The notes below the pieces were generated by a model, which was given only the letters and a program-made list of their open reading frames with translations, did not search any database and was not told where the DNA came from. Both the position numbers and the translations under genes were made by a program. 64,000 bases of DNA from Coniocarpon cinnabarinum (lineage: Eukaryota): assembly GCA_051942205.1 (NCBI GenBank), contig JAVECO010000068.1, forward strand, positions 1-64,000. Direction: 5' to 3'. Positions 13,051 through 26,903 of the stretch are shown here, one piece after another (positions within the stretch are counted from its first letter, which is position 1; each line of letters starts with the position of its first letter).

Positions 13051-14502
13051 ATGCATTCCGTAACCACTCTGCAGCTCCTAGCTTGCTTCACCTGTCTTGA
13101 CGAATTCCGCTCGCGGGTCTATGCCCAATCACCGATTGCAGAGCCTCAGCTCGACACATTCAATGGCTCTGCCTACCGACAGTTCACTTCAACCTCGATC
13201 CGCTTGGCTGGGTTCGACAACACAACGTCAGAAGCTATACAAGTCGCAAACGATTTTGAAAGGTCGAATTGGGCCACAGGTTCCGTGTTTGATGATTCAT
13301 TCTATACGCTATCATCAAATGCATCAGGAGCTCAGCCTGGCGACTTTCTCAAAGCCGAAGCATTTACCAATGCCACGCAGTTCACCCTGCCACCGAACCT
13401 TGCGGTATCGCGTTTCCTCTACCAGACGGAAACTCTCAATGGCAGCTCGGTACCCAACTCCGCCTTCGTCCTGTGGCCGTGGTCCGCAAGACAATACAAG
13501 AACATCTCCGGCTATCCCGTCGTCGTTTGGGCGCATGGAACGAGCGGAAGATTCCCTGAATGCGCACCGACTCACATTCGCAATCTCTGGTACCAGTTCT
13601 CGGCTCCTTTCACCCTGGCGTTGCAGGGCTATGTGGTGATAGGTGTAGACTACGCTGGCTTGGGCGTCGGTGAGACGGCGTCGAATGAGACAATAGCGCA
13701 TCAGTGGGGAGCCAACCCTGCCGGTGCGAACGACATGTTCAATGCCGTAGCAGCTGCTCAGAAAAGGTGGCCTTCGCTTAGCCACGAGTTCGTCACAATG
13801 GGCCATTCGCAAGGCGGAGGAATAGCTTGGTCTGCGGCGGTGCGCCAGGCTCAGAGACCTGTGGAGGGATATCTCGGCAGCATTGCTGGTAGTCCCTTGA
13901 CAGATTTCAATGCTTTGAGCGCGGTCCCTTTGGCAGCCACCGGTTTGTTCATCGCCTACTTGACTCCGACCATTGCATCTGTTTTTCCAGAGTTCGATGA
14001 AGGGGACTGGCTCACTGACGACGGTCTACGGAGGCTTAGTCTCTTCCAAGACCTCAATGGTTGCCAGTCAACGAATGCCGAGCTGTTTCCAATGGGGACC
14101 TCCGCCGCAAAGCCAGGTTGGAACGAGACGTGGTACTTGAGTTCTTTCAACGATTTGATATCAGTCGGCGGGAAGCCGATCTCAGGTCCTCTGCTTGTTT
14201 TACAGGGCACGGCCGATCCCACGGTCGACCCGACAGGCACAACGATAGCCGTGAATCAGACCTGCAACACGAGGCTTGATGCCAACGTCCACTACGCCAT
14301 GTTTGAAGGCGTGACACACGTACCAGTAATGTTCTCTGCTCAGCAGATGTGGTTGGATTGGATCGCTGCGCGATTCAATGGCGAGGCGACAGAACCGAGC
14401 TGCTCGAACGAGCTGCAACGGCCGATCCAGCCGGTGCAGAGTTATGAAACGGAGATCAACTATTTCCTTGAGTACCCACTGTACGCGTACGAGACTGCAT
14501 AG
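13051..14502 (+). CDS. Secreted lipase-like alpha/beta hydrolase
   Basis: Long ORF with WAHGTSG, DYAGLG, GHSQGG, QGTAD and THVP motifs, many N-glycosylation sequons and a likely signal peptide from ATG 13051. Confidence 0.88.
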   Translation: MHSVTTLQLLACFTCLDEFRSRVYAQSPIAEPQLDTFNGSAYRQFTSTSIRLAGFDNTTSEAIQVANDFERSNWATGSVFDDSFYTLSSNASGAQPGDFLKAEAFTNATQFTLPPNLAVSRFLYQTETLNGSSVPNSAFVLWPWSARQYKNISGYPVVVWAHGTSGRFPECAPTHIRNLWYQFSAPFTLALQGYVVIGVDYAGLGVGETASNETIAHQWGANPAGANDMFNAVAAAQKRWPSLSHEFVTMGHSQGGGIAWSAAVRQAQRPVEGYLGSIAGSPLTDFNALSAVPLAATGLFIAYLTPTIASVFPEFDEGDWLTDDGLRRLSLFQDLNGCQSTNAELFPMGTSAAKPGWNETWYLSSFNDLISVGGKPISGPLLVLQGTADPTVDPTGTTIAVNQTCNTRLDANVHYAMFEGVTHVPVMFSAQQMWLDWIAARFNGEATEPSCSNELQRPIQPVQSYETEINYFLEYPLYAYETA

Positions 14503-15291
14503 TAGCGCTTGAACACATGAAACCAGACACGCATTTGGAATACGCTTGGATGTACATATACAGATGTATGGGAAATATGAATACGGTGTAAGCTACCCTC
14601 ATATCGTGCATTAATGCGGGTGGATGAGCTGTATTGCGTACACTTCTCATGATACTTTCAGAACATCGATTTGAGCTTCAGCTGAAGAAACGAGGGTCAA
14701 AACAACAGAGGCCGCAGCGGAGATATCCCAATGTACGCGACAGGGAGCTGTCCGCCGGTCGTGTCCAGGTTTCAAGATTTCATCACTTTAGCATTGTAGG
14801 AAGATGCAGCCTGCAAGTGCTGGCCGTACATACTTTCTAGGTACAATGCGCATCCGACGTCCTGTCGAGGGCGCCTTGCTGATCAGGTGCCCAAGTATCC
14901 TCAAGTTGTTCTTTAGCATACCGTTCCGTGCTTTTCAATCAATTCGCACGCCCACGGACTTGCTAACCCCACGGATTGTACATGCTTCTGCATGTTCTTC
15001 AACTTCCATGTGTCTGATATCAGTGGGGCTATTCTACCTTTCTAGACCTGAGACAGCCAAGTAAAGCCAGCTTCAACGCAATATCCCAGGAATACAGCTG
15101 TAGTGTTTGCACAGAGACCACTTAGATCTAAGTGCAAGAACGTCGGCTCCCTCAAGGAATTTGTCCGGGGATTGTGTGTGGGGACGAAGCCAGCTAAGCG
15201 TTTATCGCTTGTGAATGTGAATCGGCAATGCCAGCCGTTAGAGCACAACTATCAAGGCTATAGAGCCACGCTAATAATTTATATGAGCGGC

Positions 15292-17986
15292 TCATGACGG
15301 CTCCGACCAATCAACTCGCTCCTCAAGCGGTGCATTGCTGTCCACAGAATATTGAAGCTTTAATCGTAACCGCAGCTTCGGTGGCGGAGGCTTGGTTCAG
15401 AGTCAGCCATGCTACTCGCATAGTTCAGGCGAAGACTTACCCCATTGACACCAACGATTCGCATCGACTGCATCGCGTCCTCACCGGCTGACAAGCTGTC
15501 CTTGTTCAACGCCTGCAGCTGCAGCTTTTGCGATTTGGGGACAGCAACCTGTAAGGAGAGGTGAGAAATTGTTGAAGCCAGACTTCCGTTTGAGAAGCGA
15601 GCAAGCGCTTGTGCTGCGGATGCATCGCGCTTGATGGAGAACGTGACTGATAGACCATTCTTGGAATACGCCAGATGCTCTGACGAGGTAGAGGAAGACG
15701 CATCGACGGGCGCCACGGACACAGGATTGCCCAGAAGATCGAGATCGGATGACTGCGGCTTGGGTGGTGGAGCTGGTGCTGTATCTGGAGCGCTGCTGGA
15801 GTCAAATAAGCTCATAATGTCGTTATTGTTGCGAGCCTGTGGGGAGAATGGTTCCGAAGACTGGGGAGATGACATGCTCAGTACATCAGCGAGAAGGTTC
15901 GCATTAGTTTGCTGGTTGCCGTTCACGGTAGCAGATATGTCCGGCGCAGGCATGTCGGTGTCGCCGCCCATAAGGTCTAACAAGTCGTCTTGGGTGATCT
16001 TGCTGGGCTTCTTCTTGTGAAGCTTCGGCTGACGTTTTCGAGTGTTCTGTTCACCAAGAACGCGTTGCTCGTCTCTGATCTCCGGAGCTGGCATTTTCTC
16101 CAAGACACCTTGCCGGATGCTGTCGAAGCCGAATAAATTGCCGTATTCCATGGCTCTCTGCTGAATCTCAATGTCGAGATCGGTTTGATAGTTGAGCTCG
16201 AGTCGTCTCAAGCGTTCAACCTGTGCAGGATCCCTAAATCGTGTGGACAGCTTCATTGCAGATGTGACAATGTACTGCGTCACGATCTGGCCTTTGAAGC
16301 TGCTGCTGAGCATCCTGGCGTACAAATCAACAATTTCGCTTTCTCGAACCTCCTTGACCAATTGTTCCTCTTCGTAGGTGCCTCCGCGGAGCAGTGAATC
16401 CCCATACTCCCCAATGCACCAGGCGCCAGCCAATGATAGCCCTTCTTGAGAAATGTCTTCCTGGAGGTTTACGTAAAGTTTCTGAACAGCATAGGTCTGC
16501 AACTCAGGGCTTGTCGCAATCAGCCGAACGAACGATGCTAGGATCGGCTCCTTGACATAGTTGCCAGCGAGGACAAGGACACGCAGCATCGTATCAACAT
16601 GCCATCGCTTGTTGGGAGCAAAACGATCGGCGGAAATGCCAATCTGAGAGGTGAGATTGGGCTTGAACTCATTGTCTGCTACTTCTAGAAAAGCTAGCAG
16701 CTCGCGCACCAGATACCGAACATTGTCGGCATTGATCAGAGTGAAGCAGAGATCCAAAGCTCGTCTCCTGATGCTAATATCGGGATCTCGTAGGCAGTCC
16801 AGGATTGTGTTGCGATGGCGTTGAACCGCATTGGGCTCGATAGCCACGACTTTGATTAAAGTATTGAGGGCAACGTAGCGAATGTTGTTGTCCTTGTTCG
16901 AAAGAAACTTGCCCAAGATGTTGACGCCCAGCACTCTGAGACCTGTATCAGCTTCAATCTCGAGAATGGTAAGTACTGTTTCGTAGAGTATAGAGTTTCC
17001 AACGTTTTTCGATGAGTCTGTATTAGTTGCGACCTGCGCTAAGATATCGTTGATCTGCTCGCTAATCTCAGTGTCACCTCGTCCTAGGACTCTGAACAAT
17101 CGCAAAACCTTGACTTGAACAAACGGATCTGCGATTCCAGAGACGTCGTGCTCAGGAGCATAACCTGAGCTAGCAAGCCCCTTCAGCACTTTCACGAGAG
17201 ACCCAGTGACGGGCTTGAACATCTCAACAACACTCTCATCGACCTCTTCTTCAGCATCATCTTCAGCTTCGCACATGCTCGTCACTAATGTTAAACCACA
17301 TAGAAGAACACCGTGGTTTCGATCATTGAGTAAACTTTTGGCTTTCTCAATAAAGTGCTCTTGCAAGTCTGGGACTTTTCGACATATGCGCACCGCACAC
17401 AGTGCAGCTTTTCGGCGTATGTATGGATTTGCGGTTGTCATCATGCTCTCAACTTCCGGGAAAAGATCTCTCGACATCTCCACGCCGGCAATGTTGCCCA
17501 GCGTGGTCAAGGCGAGACCGACAACAAAGTGGTTTGGGTGCTTCAGATCACTAGAGCAACAAGGTCAGCTGGCTTCAGATGTCGAAGTGCGGAGGATGCG
17601 CATACTTCGAGAGCGAGTTGGTCACCAGCGTCAACACTTCCTGATTTTCGTCCAGCAGCAGCATGGTTCCCAAATATCCCAAGCGCTTGTCGGCGAAACG
17701 TTGCGAGGCCAGCAGCTTGAGGCACTCAATCTGACCGAAGTGCGTGCGTTCACCCAGGGTGAAGAGATAGAGGAGCTTGGCGACATTGTTGCGTCTGACG
17801 TTCGAGTCGTGAGACTCTTCTCTGAAGCTGGCCCTAATTGCGGCGCTCTCTTTCTGGACGACCGCTCGTTCATCGGCGATAGTCTTTGCGGCGCGGACAT
17901 TGCGGATAAATTGCTTGACTGCATAACAATCGACCGATCAGCCTAATGACTACTCAAGATCACAGAAATTGCCTACGAGAGCTCAT
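15292..17986 (-). CDS. APL4: AP-1 complex subunit gamma-adaptin
   Basis: N-terminus [21 protein letters not shown], conserved trunk ([32 protein letters not shown]) and C-terminal ear domain ([20 protein letters not shown]). Introns near both ends. Confidence 0.96.
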
Positions 17987-18842
17987 AGTCCATGCTCTCT
18001 CGAGCAAGTAGCTTGATCAACCCAGGCGAATCTCGAGGAGGCTCCAGAGGGTGCGGATGCCAACGAAGGGAGTGCCGAACTTCGGAAATTGTCCCCGTGT
18101 CAAAGCAGTCACAAAGCATTGATCAATGCCTTTATATCGTCCACGTACAGCATCCGCGCGCGAATCGATTTGTTAAAAGGAATTTGTATGAGTTCAGGCT
18201 GTGACAGGAGTTGGCCGGAGATAGCGGGAAATCTAGTGACATTAATTTACACGCTAGCATTTTGGAAAGCCACACCACCTTACGTCAACCTACTCTACAC
18301 CAGCCACACCCGCATAGGCAGTTATCCAGGTAGCGAATCCACCTTCAGACCGCCGAACGTTCATCATGCTCTCGCAAACGTGGACAAGTCGCACATGCGA
18401 TCACTCACAGACGCCGCAGCTCTCCGCCTGTGCAGGGGCTTTACGAGGAAGTGGGATCGTCGGTTGATCCCATGGCCGGCCCCATCAGCCCGTCTCTAGG
18501 GTCGATGTTGACACCAGCACCTGTAGTCTCAACAGCAACGCAGAGTATCACACTGGCACCAAGAATGAAGCCTCAACCTTTGGATTACGATAGGATGCGG
18601 CGTCTCCAGGTGTCACTTCCGTAGGCGTCCTCTGTTCTTTGCGTGATGAACGGAGACCTTGTTCATTCAGGAGGAGGGAGGAATTTTTGCGCCGACGGAG
18701 GATCTTTTACGCGGAGGAAGCAACACCTGGCTACTATGATCCGCAGAAACCGAGTAGGCACTTACGGCCTCCATTACCAGGCCTAGTTCTTCACCTCATG
18801 AGCTTCGCCTCATGAGTTTCAGCAACATTACACGCATCGATC

Positions 18843-20008
18843 ATGGCGCCAGGGATCTCTCACCCAACCAAGCGTCGCTATTCAGCAGTGCCTGGATATT
18901 TCGCATGGTACGAAAGGTCTGAAGAAACTAAGAGTACCTTTAAAGACGTATGTGCCTCGTCTCCTGCCCCAGTTCGATGGAGTATGCCAGGTACATGGAA
19001 GCTGATCTGTGCGAACGCCAGTGGAAAGAGAATTTTGGTCTCATCAGCAAAGAGTATCCTCAGTCAACTTCAAATGGCGAGGGGTCCAAAACGCAATGGC
19101 AGAAGTTCATGAATGAAGTTCAACGCTTGCAGAAGGGCGATCCTGATGCAGTCTACAAAGTCCTTTTCTTGGCTCGACATGGTGAAGGCGTTCACAACGA
19201 ACGCGAGACGCTCGCCAACAAACAAGACGCGGACGACGAGGAGAAGGGAATCAGGGAGAAAGGGGCAAAAACATCTACCTGGAATGTAGGTGCAATGTGG
19301 AGGTTGACGAGTTCAGTCGCGCCTTTTACATGGGGTACACCTGCAGACTAATCTTGCCAGATCAACTGGGCATTTCGAACTGGTGATGGACAGCACACCT
19401 GGGAAGATGCACGCCTGACCCACGAGGGTGTGAAACAGGCAAAGGAAGTCAGGGCCATATGGAAGCGTCTCATGCGTGATCAAAAGATGATCCTACCCCA
19501 CAGCTTCTACGTCAGTCCTCTATGGCGATGCCTCCAGACCTGCGAGATCACTTGGGAGGGAATACCTTCTCACTGGCGCTGGGAAGAGCACTTGTTACCT
19601 GGACGGGTACCGATCAAACCAAAGATCAAGGAGCGGTTGCGCGAGGGGCTTTCCGCGCACACCTGCAACCATCGCTCCACAAAAACAGAAATCATGAAGG
19701 GGTTTCCCCATTTCGCGATTGAAGACGGCTTTTCCGAAGAGGACGAAATGTGGAACGAGGGAAAGAAAAAGCATCCCGACGACTTTCAGAAGTTCAAAGA
19801 GACGGAAGGCGAGCAGGACATACGGTCGCAGGCATTGCTGGATGAGATCTTCGATGATCAAAAGGCTGGGACGTACGTTAGCATGACATCGCACGGCGGA
19901 GAGATCAACAGCATTCGACGCGTGATCAAACACCCTGAATTTAGCCTAGAAACCGGTGGTGTGATAGTTTTCTTTGTAAAAGCCACGCGTAGCGGTCATC
20001 TCGGTTAA
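18843..20008 (+). CDS. Histidine phosphatase / phosphoglycerate mutase family protein (PMU1-like), 3 exons
   Basis: KVLFLARHGEGVHN, DARLT, YVSPLWRCLQT, LRE..HTC.HRS and SHGG motifs. Introns at 18948-19021 and 19286-19360. Confidence 0.9.
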
Positions 20009-21451
20009 CGAAAGATCGGTGGGGTCTGTCCACCTGTCATGACACTGATCGACACATAAAACTTGAATCCGATATTGCTACCTAAGAAAAGAGTATTCCA
20101 GTCTTTGCTAGAACTCGCAGCTTCAAGCGATCGGCGGTATGGGTGTGTGTGGAATATTATCGGTCGAACAATGAAACCACATCCATGCTCCATAGCAATG
20201 TTGCACGATTCAGAACGCCAACTAAGTCTTGTCAAGAGTTGCAGCTCAGACTTCCTTGTGGAAGGCGTAATTTTACAGCAATGGAAAGATGGCAGATCTA
20301 TTAGGTACTCTAAGAGCGGGCGAGCACTTTAATACTCACTGCCGCGACTGGAGTAGTTAAAACAGTGCTCTTATTGCTATCTATGGCATGAGCGCTCTGG
20401 TCACGCGATTTAGCCTAACATTCTTCGTAGCTTTACTACCTTGCCTGGGATAAGACTTGTGCATTAGCAGCTTAATGTATGTTGACTACAATGACGAATA
20501 TCTGCATAGATTTACCTGCTCGTCATAGTCGTCACACGCGTACGCACCTGACTTGGATGTCTACGTCGCGTTACACAATGCTTTACTTCATTCCAAACGC
20601 TCATTGCCGGAAGTCTCGTTCCCCTTCCTTTCGACGCGCACTGTGTAGTACAAGTACATGCCCTGATATTCCTTTCTACGTCATATGAAGCGAATTCCGT
20701 TATGCAACAAAGTCTCCATCATTCTCAGTAACGTCCCTGCTTCAGCTACCACCATGTCGCCTGGTATGAAATCCCACACTCAGCCATTGTCATGTCATAT
20801 TAGCTAGCATTCCGCAGGTGAGAATGGAACGATGTGATTGTGATGCATCTAATCGTACAGTTTCAGCAGTCTGACTGTCGGAGCTCCTCCAGCAACCCAG
20901 GAGCCACACTGCTCGGTCGACTGCCCCGGGTTATGCTCTGCGCACTCCGATATGCAGACACGACGGTCCAGAGTCATTTTGGAGGGGCATATCTATTATT
21001 AGCAGTGTTCAATGTCTTTGCTCTGCTTTTCTTTTCAAGCTGCATGCTCTTGCCAAGGACATCTGCTCACCCGATCGACCGATGCCCCCCCGTTCGATGC
21101 GAATTCAGTTCGGATCCAGAATAGGATATGGAAAGTGATCATCCTTCTCAATTCCCGATTGCTTTATATTGCTGCGCTGCGGTCTCTGCCGGCGGAGCTC
21201 GTGCGAAAATTCTACACGCGAAGGCTCGTGGAAGGCGAGTGTGTTAGTGAAACAAGATCGAATCATTGGGCTTTTAAATGGCTATAAAATCTTAATCAAT
21301 TTTGAACTTCATAGGTCTTCAATTCAAGCCTGTATTCAGCGTTGCGCTGGCTGTCAGTCAATTCACATACAAAATCACAGCTGACTCCATCTGGGATTGC
21401 AATGTGTTGGTTCAGAATGAAAAACGCATGTCAAAACCATCAGCATGAAGG

Positions 21452-23763
21452 TTATCCGTGGTTCATACCCCCTCCTGATTCCCAGAAAGACCAGTCGATC
21501 ATGTCAAAGTCGACGTCGTCAAATTCCGATGTTGCAAGCAGCTCTTCATAGGAGGATGCGTCAGCATACTGGCTTGTTGTGTCATGTTGCTGGGCGAGCC
21601 CTCCCATCATATCAACTTCGAAATGATCTTGATTGTGCTTGCCTGCCATTCGGGAAGCCAGCTTGATCACGCAAGAAGGTCTAACCACCATCTTGGCAGC
21701 GCCTGACTGATGCTCGCCTTGTCGACGGAGATGAGCCTCGCGTTGATTCCAGGCCGCAAGAATGAGACGCGCAAACGAGCGACTTTCGGCATGGGAAGGG
21801 TCTGTTACCAGTTGAGGAAAGATATCACAGATTCGGTCGATGAGCGACCAAAGCTGCTCAGTTGAAGGTAATTCCGCGCGATGATAAGCTTCAATGATGA
21901 CATAGACAACTTGTGCGATATGCGCGTCAGAATGATTCGGGTTCATGACCAATAGCAACGTGGATTTGACTCACGAGCAGTCCACTGGAAATATAGCCAA
22001 GTGTGCCATCTAAAATGTTTGATCATGTCTGTGCTTGCGGCGAGTACGTAGTAGTCCAGACTTCGTGTACAAATGCGCAACAGCTCCTCGCGCTCTTGCC
22101 ACGTCATCTCAGAAATCTTCGCGTTCGTCAATCGGGGCTGTCGCAAGTTCCTCTGCACCGCCAAGAAGAACATCTGGATTGATATCTGCATATGGACGTG
22201 CAGTGGGTTCAGTGGCTCGCAATACTGCAGGAACTTCTCTCGGAGGGCGGTCTGAAGAAGTTCAGCTTTAGCCATCTTATCATCGAGAGATAGTGATGCT
22301 GACGCAGTCCAGTTCCATGAATTTCCATTAGCATCCTTTTCAGCTGCTGTTCTGTGCATGTACAATATATAATACCGCCACAAACAATGCGACATACTGG
22401 TCAGACCAGCACGCTCGGGTGGTAAGTGCGTCAACGCCGGATGTATGTCCTCATCCTCAAGGTTGGAGGGCATCTTGCAATCCCATGACGCCCACAACGT
22501 CATTGGCAGTGTGCCTGTCATTCTACCGTTTGTGATTTCCATGTGCTGTAGATGCCACCAAATTCGTCGTCTCTCTTCTGCTTGAGCAATGGGCAAGTTG
22601 AGATGCTCACCATCTCGATGAATACCAAGGCGTTCGGCAATGCGGACGGCAATGCCAGCTATCGAAAACAATGCATATGGCCGCGCTCGATTCTGCATTG
22701 CTGCCTGTGAAGTGTCAGTCTGAATGCATGGAAAGGTTAAATCTGAAACTCATGGCTACCAAGTAATACATCAAGGCTTGTAGCACTAGACAGTCGCTGG
22801 TCATGATGAACTGAGCATGGACAAGACAAATCTCTGTGGATTGTTGAAACTTCTCCAGTAAGAAATTCTTTGGCTGTTGCATAGCACTGCTGCACTCGGC
22901 ATCCGAAAGGCTCAGGGTAGTAATGAGGGAGACTGCGAACATGAACACTTCCTGGGATATCGAGAGTGTCTGCACATCGTGTGCCGCTTTCCGCATGATG
23001 TATTCCTTATCCCAAGCAAGGATAGTCTTGGTCAAGGGATGGACGTTGATGAGAAATTTGCGCCACAGAAACCATATCTGGTTCTCGTTGGGGTAGACTT
23101 TGTACGGTTGTGCACCATTGTGTAAGTAACCAGGATTCATTAAAACTGAACAGGAACCCAGCGCGCTCTTCGACTGCTGATGCATATCATCCAACAAAGT
23201 CTCTTGATCGTCGTTTCCTTCTCCGAACTTTGTGGCATCAGCCCAACTGAGCCACATGGGCCTACGACAGTCAGCAAGGAAGCAGTGGACATACAACCTG
23301 GAGGACTTCGGGGAACGAACGTTTCCACATAGCTCGAGCCTTCCTCACTCTCTCTCAATGTACCTAATTGCGGCTGTGAACGAGGTGTAGATCCCGGAGT
23401 AAATTGATGGGCATCTGCAGAAGTAGAGGAAGCGTTTGGGGTGGTACCGAGCACGTCACGCTGGCCTTCCGAACCTGTCGTGCTTCCACCATGTGTTGAA
23501 ACACCTTGACTCGGATCAACAGCCCGGTTCGGGTCCACGCCGAGGCTTCGAATGTAGTCTTCCAATTTCCCAACACGTTCCTCTAATGCAGGGGAGTTCC
23601 ACTGTTTGAACGCCCAGTTCTTAGGAGCCACATATGGCGGTGGATATGTACAGTCCTCTTTCCTCCGCCTACAGTGAGAGCACGGCTCGGCCCTGTCGCA
23701 CCGAACCTTTCGTTTAGCACATTGCAAGCAATTGACAGTACGGGTTTCCCGCGCTGCGGACAT
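21452..23763 (-). CDS. Zn(II)2Cys6 transcription factor with fungal-specific TF domain
   Basis: N-terminal CLQCAKRKVRCDRAEPCSHCRRRKEDC and middle homology region GIAVRIAERLGIHRDG...EERRRIWW. Multi-exon. Confidence 0.93.
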
Positions 23764-24234
23764 ATTCTAGCTTTGTGAAATACACTCAGATCCCGGCAGT
23801 GAAGGTGTCATTACGGCGAGAGATGTTCAGAACAGGATTAAGAATCGACGAGAGGGTACAAGGGGGCAAAAAGGCAATTCCAGATCAGGAGCGAGCAAGT
23901 AGCAGGAAGCTTCAGGCATCAAAATTGGGAGGTTTCTTCAGCTCTTGGACCCGGTGACCCACCGCGCTACGCCGCCAGTCCATGTCAGATGCGGTACAAT
24001 CCTTCGATCGAATTGGGCAGCGTTTGGAGAGCATCGCGCAGGGGATGCACACTGGCTGCAGTAGATGGGAGGTTGGTGAGCAAAGCGTCGTGGCGTCAGG
24101 GCCGTGTGGCCGTGTTTGATGTCTTCGGTGTCTCTGCTTCGGGCCGCTTCGGGCGCTAGAGCGAACCTCCCCCGAGGGCCGCTTGACCTCATCTGCACCA
24201 TCACATCACGTGCATGTATACACATCTCCCAGCG

Positions 24235-24250
24235 CGGTCATTTAGATCCG
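24235..24250. promoter_or_regulatory. Candidate Zn2Cys6 binding site CGG-N10-CCG in the TF/MFS divergent promoter
   Basis: CGGTCATTTAGATCCG lies ~190 bp upstream of a TATA-like element (~24439-24447) of the MFS gene. Motif match only. Confidence 0.3.
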
Positions 24251-24580
24251 TCACGCACACGATATCTCGATCACGTTACGATGCGGCAACCGCGTCTCGC
24301 ATGAAGGAGCAGGCGCTAGGTCGGCCAAGCATTCATCGGAAGGGCTGTAATTTTCTTTCAGACGGTTAATTAGTCGTGACAGCCATGGATCTGAGATCAT
24401 TGGGAGAGAAGAGGAAGAGCCTGTACTCTAGACCTTTCATATATAATGTGTCTGCCTCGCTTGTGGCATCATTTGTCTGCAAGCGAATGTGTCACCCGCT
24501 CGTATTTCGTGTGAAGAAATAAACAGCTTTCACAAATTGATGTTGACTGAACCAACCGTCACACAACCTCAGATCTTTCC

Positions 24581-26422
24581 ATGCCTGCTCCAGATAACGA
24601 CGCCGGGATGCAAGATGTCGAGTCCCAGGACACAGACATGCTGGATGGTCGAGGGTCTCAGTGTAGCGTCCATGCTGAAAAGAGCCCTCAAGATCACGAG
24701 GTTGGCAGCCAGGGCTCGTTGTATCCCTCGTGGAAAGTGATACTGCCCACCATGGCATCAATCTACCTCGCCGTCTTTCTGGCTTCGATTGTCAGTATCA
24801 CCATCTCAGTCCGAACTGGAAGCCGCTCTTTGCTGAAGGCCGTCTAGGATCGCACAATCATCGCAGTCGCCATTCCAGCAATATCAGATCATTTCAACAG
24901 CTTCGCGGATATTGCCTGGTACGAAGCATCGTATCTGTTGAGCTTTTGCACATTGCAGCTTCCGACCGGTCGTTTATACGTATGTTTTCCCAAATCCTTT
25001 CAATCCGAGCGGTTACTAATTACAGCCCGTTTCATTCAGACAAACTTCACCCCCAAATGGGTTTTCATTCCGCTCGTCATCATCTTTGAAATCGGTTCTG
25101 TGGTATGCGCAGCAGCTCCGACATCCGATGCCTTCATCGTTGGCCGGACAATTGCAGGTATCGGTGGTGCCGGCATCCTCAGCGGCGCCACCATCATCAT
25201 AGTAGACCTGCTGCCTCTACGCCAGCGCCCGAAATATCAAGGGGGTCTGGGAGCCGTTGTCGCTCTATCAGCCATCTTAGGTCCTCTCATCGGCGGTGTA
25301 TTCACGAGCAAAGTGACCTGGCGCTGGTGTTTCTGGATCAATCTGCCCATTGGAGCACTTGCAATCGTCTCATTGCTCGTCATACTACCAGCTTCACCAC
25401 CTGCGCAAAAGCTTGAAGGTACACCCCGACAGAAGTTGGCAAAGTTGGACCCTCTCGGCAACTCACTGCTTATTCCCGGTATCATTTGCTTGCTCTTTGC
25501 TTTGCAATTTGGTGGCACACGATATGCGTGGAATGACGCTCGAATAATCGCCTTGCTTGTCGTTGGGCTAATCCTGCTACTGGCTTTTGCGGCAGTCGAA
25601 ATTTGGGTTGTTGGTGAGAATGGCGTCATACCACGCCGCATTGTGTGTCAGAGAAGCATCGCCTCCGGAATCCTAGTTAACCTTGGCCAAGGCGGCGCGT
25701 TCCTCGTGTCATCATTTTATCTCCCCATATGGTTCCAAGCCATCAAGGGCTTTTCTGCGGTCGATGCTGGCATTAGGTTACTGCCTTACTTCCTGGGCTC
25801 GGTTGCTTTCGTCATCAGCTCGGGATTCATCATATCCAAGACTGGCTATTACACCCCTTGGTTGATCGGAGGCCTTGCCTTGATCATTGTAGGCAGTGGG
25901 TTGCTCACAACCTTCAAGGTGAGCACAAACACCGGCGAATGGGTCGGATATCAGGTAAGCTTCCCAAATGACGCATCAGCTTGGTTTGTTGTCGCATCTA
26001 CTGATCATGTCGAACCACAGATCGTACTAGGAGCTGGTGTAGGCATGTCACTCCAGCAAACTATCATCGCCGCTCAAACGGTCTTGCCCAAGGAAGATGT
26101 GCCAATCGGCGTCACAGTGATGGGCTTTGCGCAGATTTTTGGGGGCACTCTATTCGTGCCCGTGTGTCAAGCTATCCTTGCGAATACACTGAGCTCGGAG
26201 CTTTCCTCCAAGATCCCGGGCGTCGATAGCTCCACAGTGACAAGTGCCGGCGCAACAGACATTCGCAATCTGGTTCCGCGGCCTGACTTGTCAATCTTCC
26301 TGGACGCGTACAACAAAGCGCTGGACAATGTCTTCTATGTAGCTGTTGGGCTTGCAAGTGTCGCACTCCTGGCATCCTGCTTTGTGGAATGGAAGAGTGT
26401 GAAACGATCTACGAATAGTTAG
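24581..26422 (+). CDS. MFS drug:H+ antiporter (14-TM DHA2 type, AflT/ToxA-like efflux pump)
   Basis: DRTIIAVAIP, WYEASYLL, AFIVGRTIAGIGGAG, WRWCFWINLPIG and YLPIWFQAIKG motifs. Introns at ~24791-24848, 24980-25039 and 25955-26020. Confidence 0.94.
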
Positions 26423-26903
26423 TCCGCCTCATCACTTGCAATCTTGAGGACAAATAGATTAGATGGTTCCAAGACTTCTTTCAACTTAGAGTGAGCATGC
26501 CGATCATGCCGATCATCCCACATATTGGCTTTGGCTTATCGAATGGCTAAATCACACAAACAGCCCTTACCGTTGTTATGTAGTATGTCATCAGGTTAAC
26601 GACATCTCTAGAAGGACGAGGGCAAGACAATGTGCATGATTAGCAAAGTCTCCTGGATCAGAGAATTACGTGGGCGTATCATCGGTCCTGCCTGAAAGGA
26701 TTGGTGCGCTGCAAAGGAGGCTGTACACTGACGTGAGCGATCGAGTTGAATGTCACTGCTTGTGCGCTTATGTGGCTCCACAAAGTCACCGCGCTAAGAT
26801 GCTGCTCACCATTGGCGATCGATGGCTTTTATCAGTGTGGCGGAAAGAGACTGATTCGATTGGACAAGAGAAAGATGGATCATTGTCACGTTCCACATAT
26901 ATA

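Noticed and set aside
24980..26020. Two in-frame, stop-free introns in the MFS gene (60 and 66 nt)
   Set aside because: Both have canonical GT-AG signals, and short 3n introns are common. They explain the long ORF but suggest no regulation.
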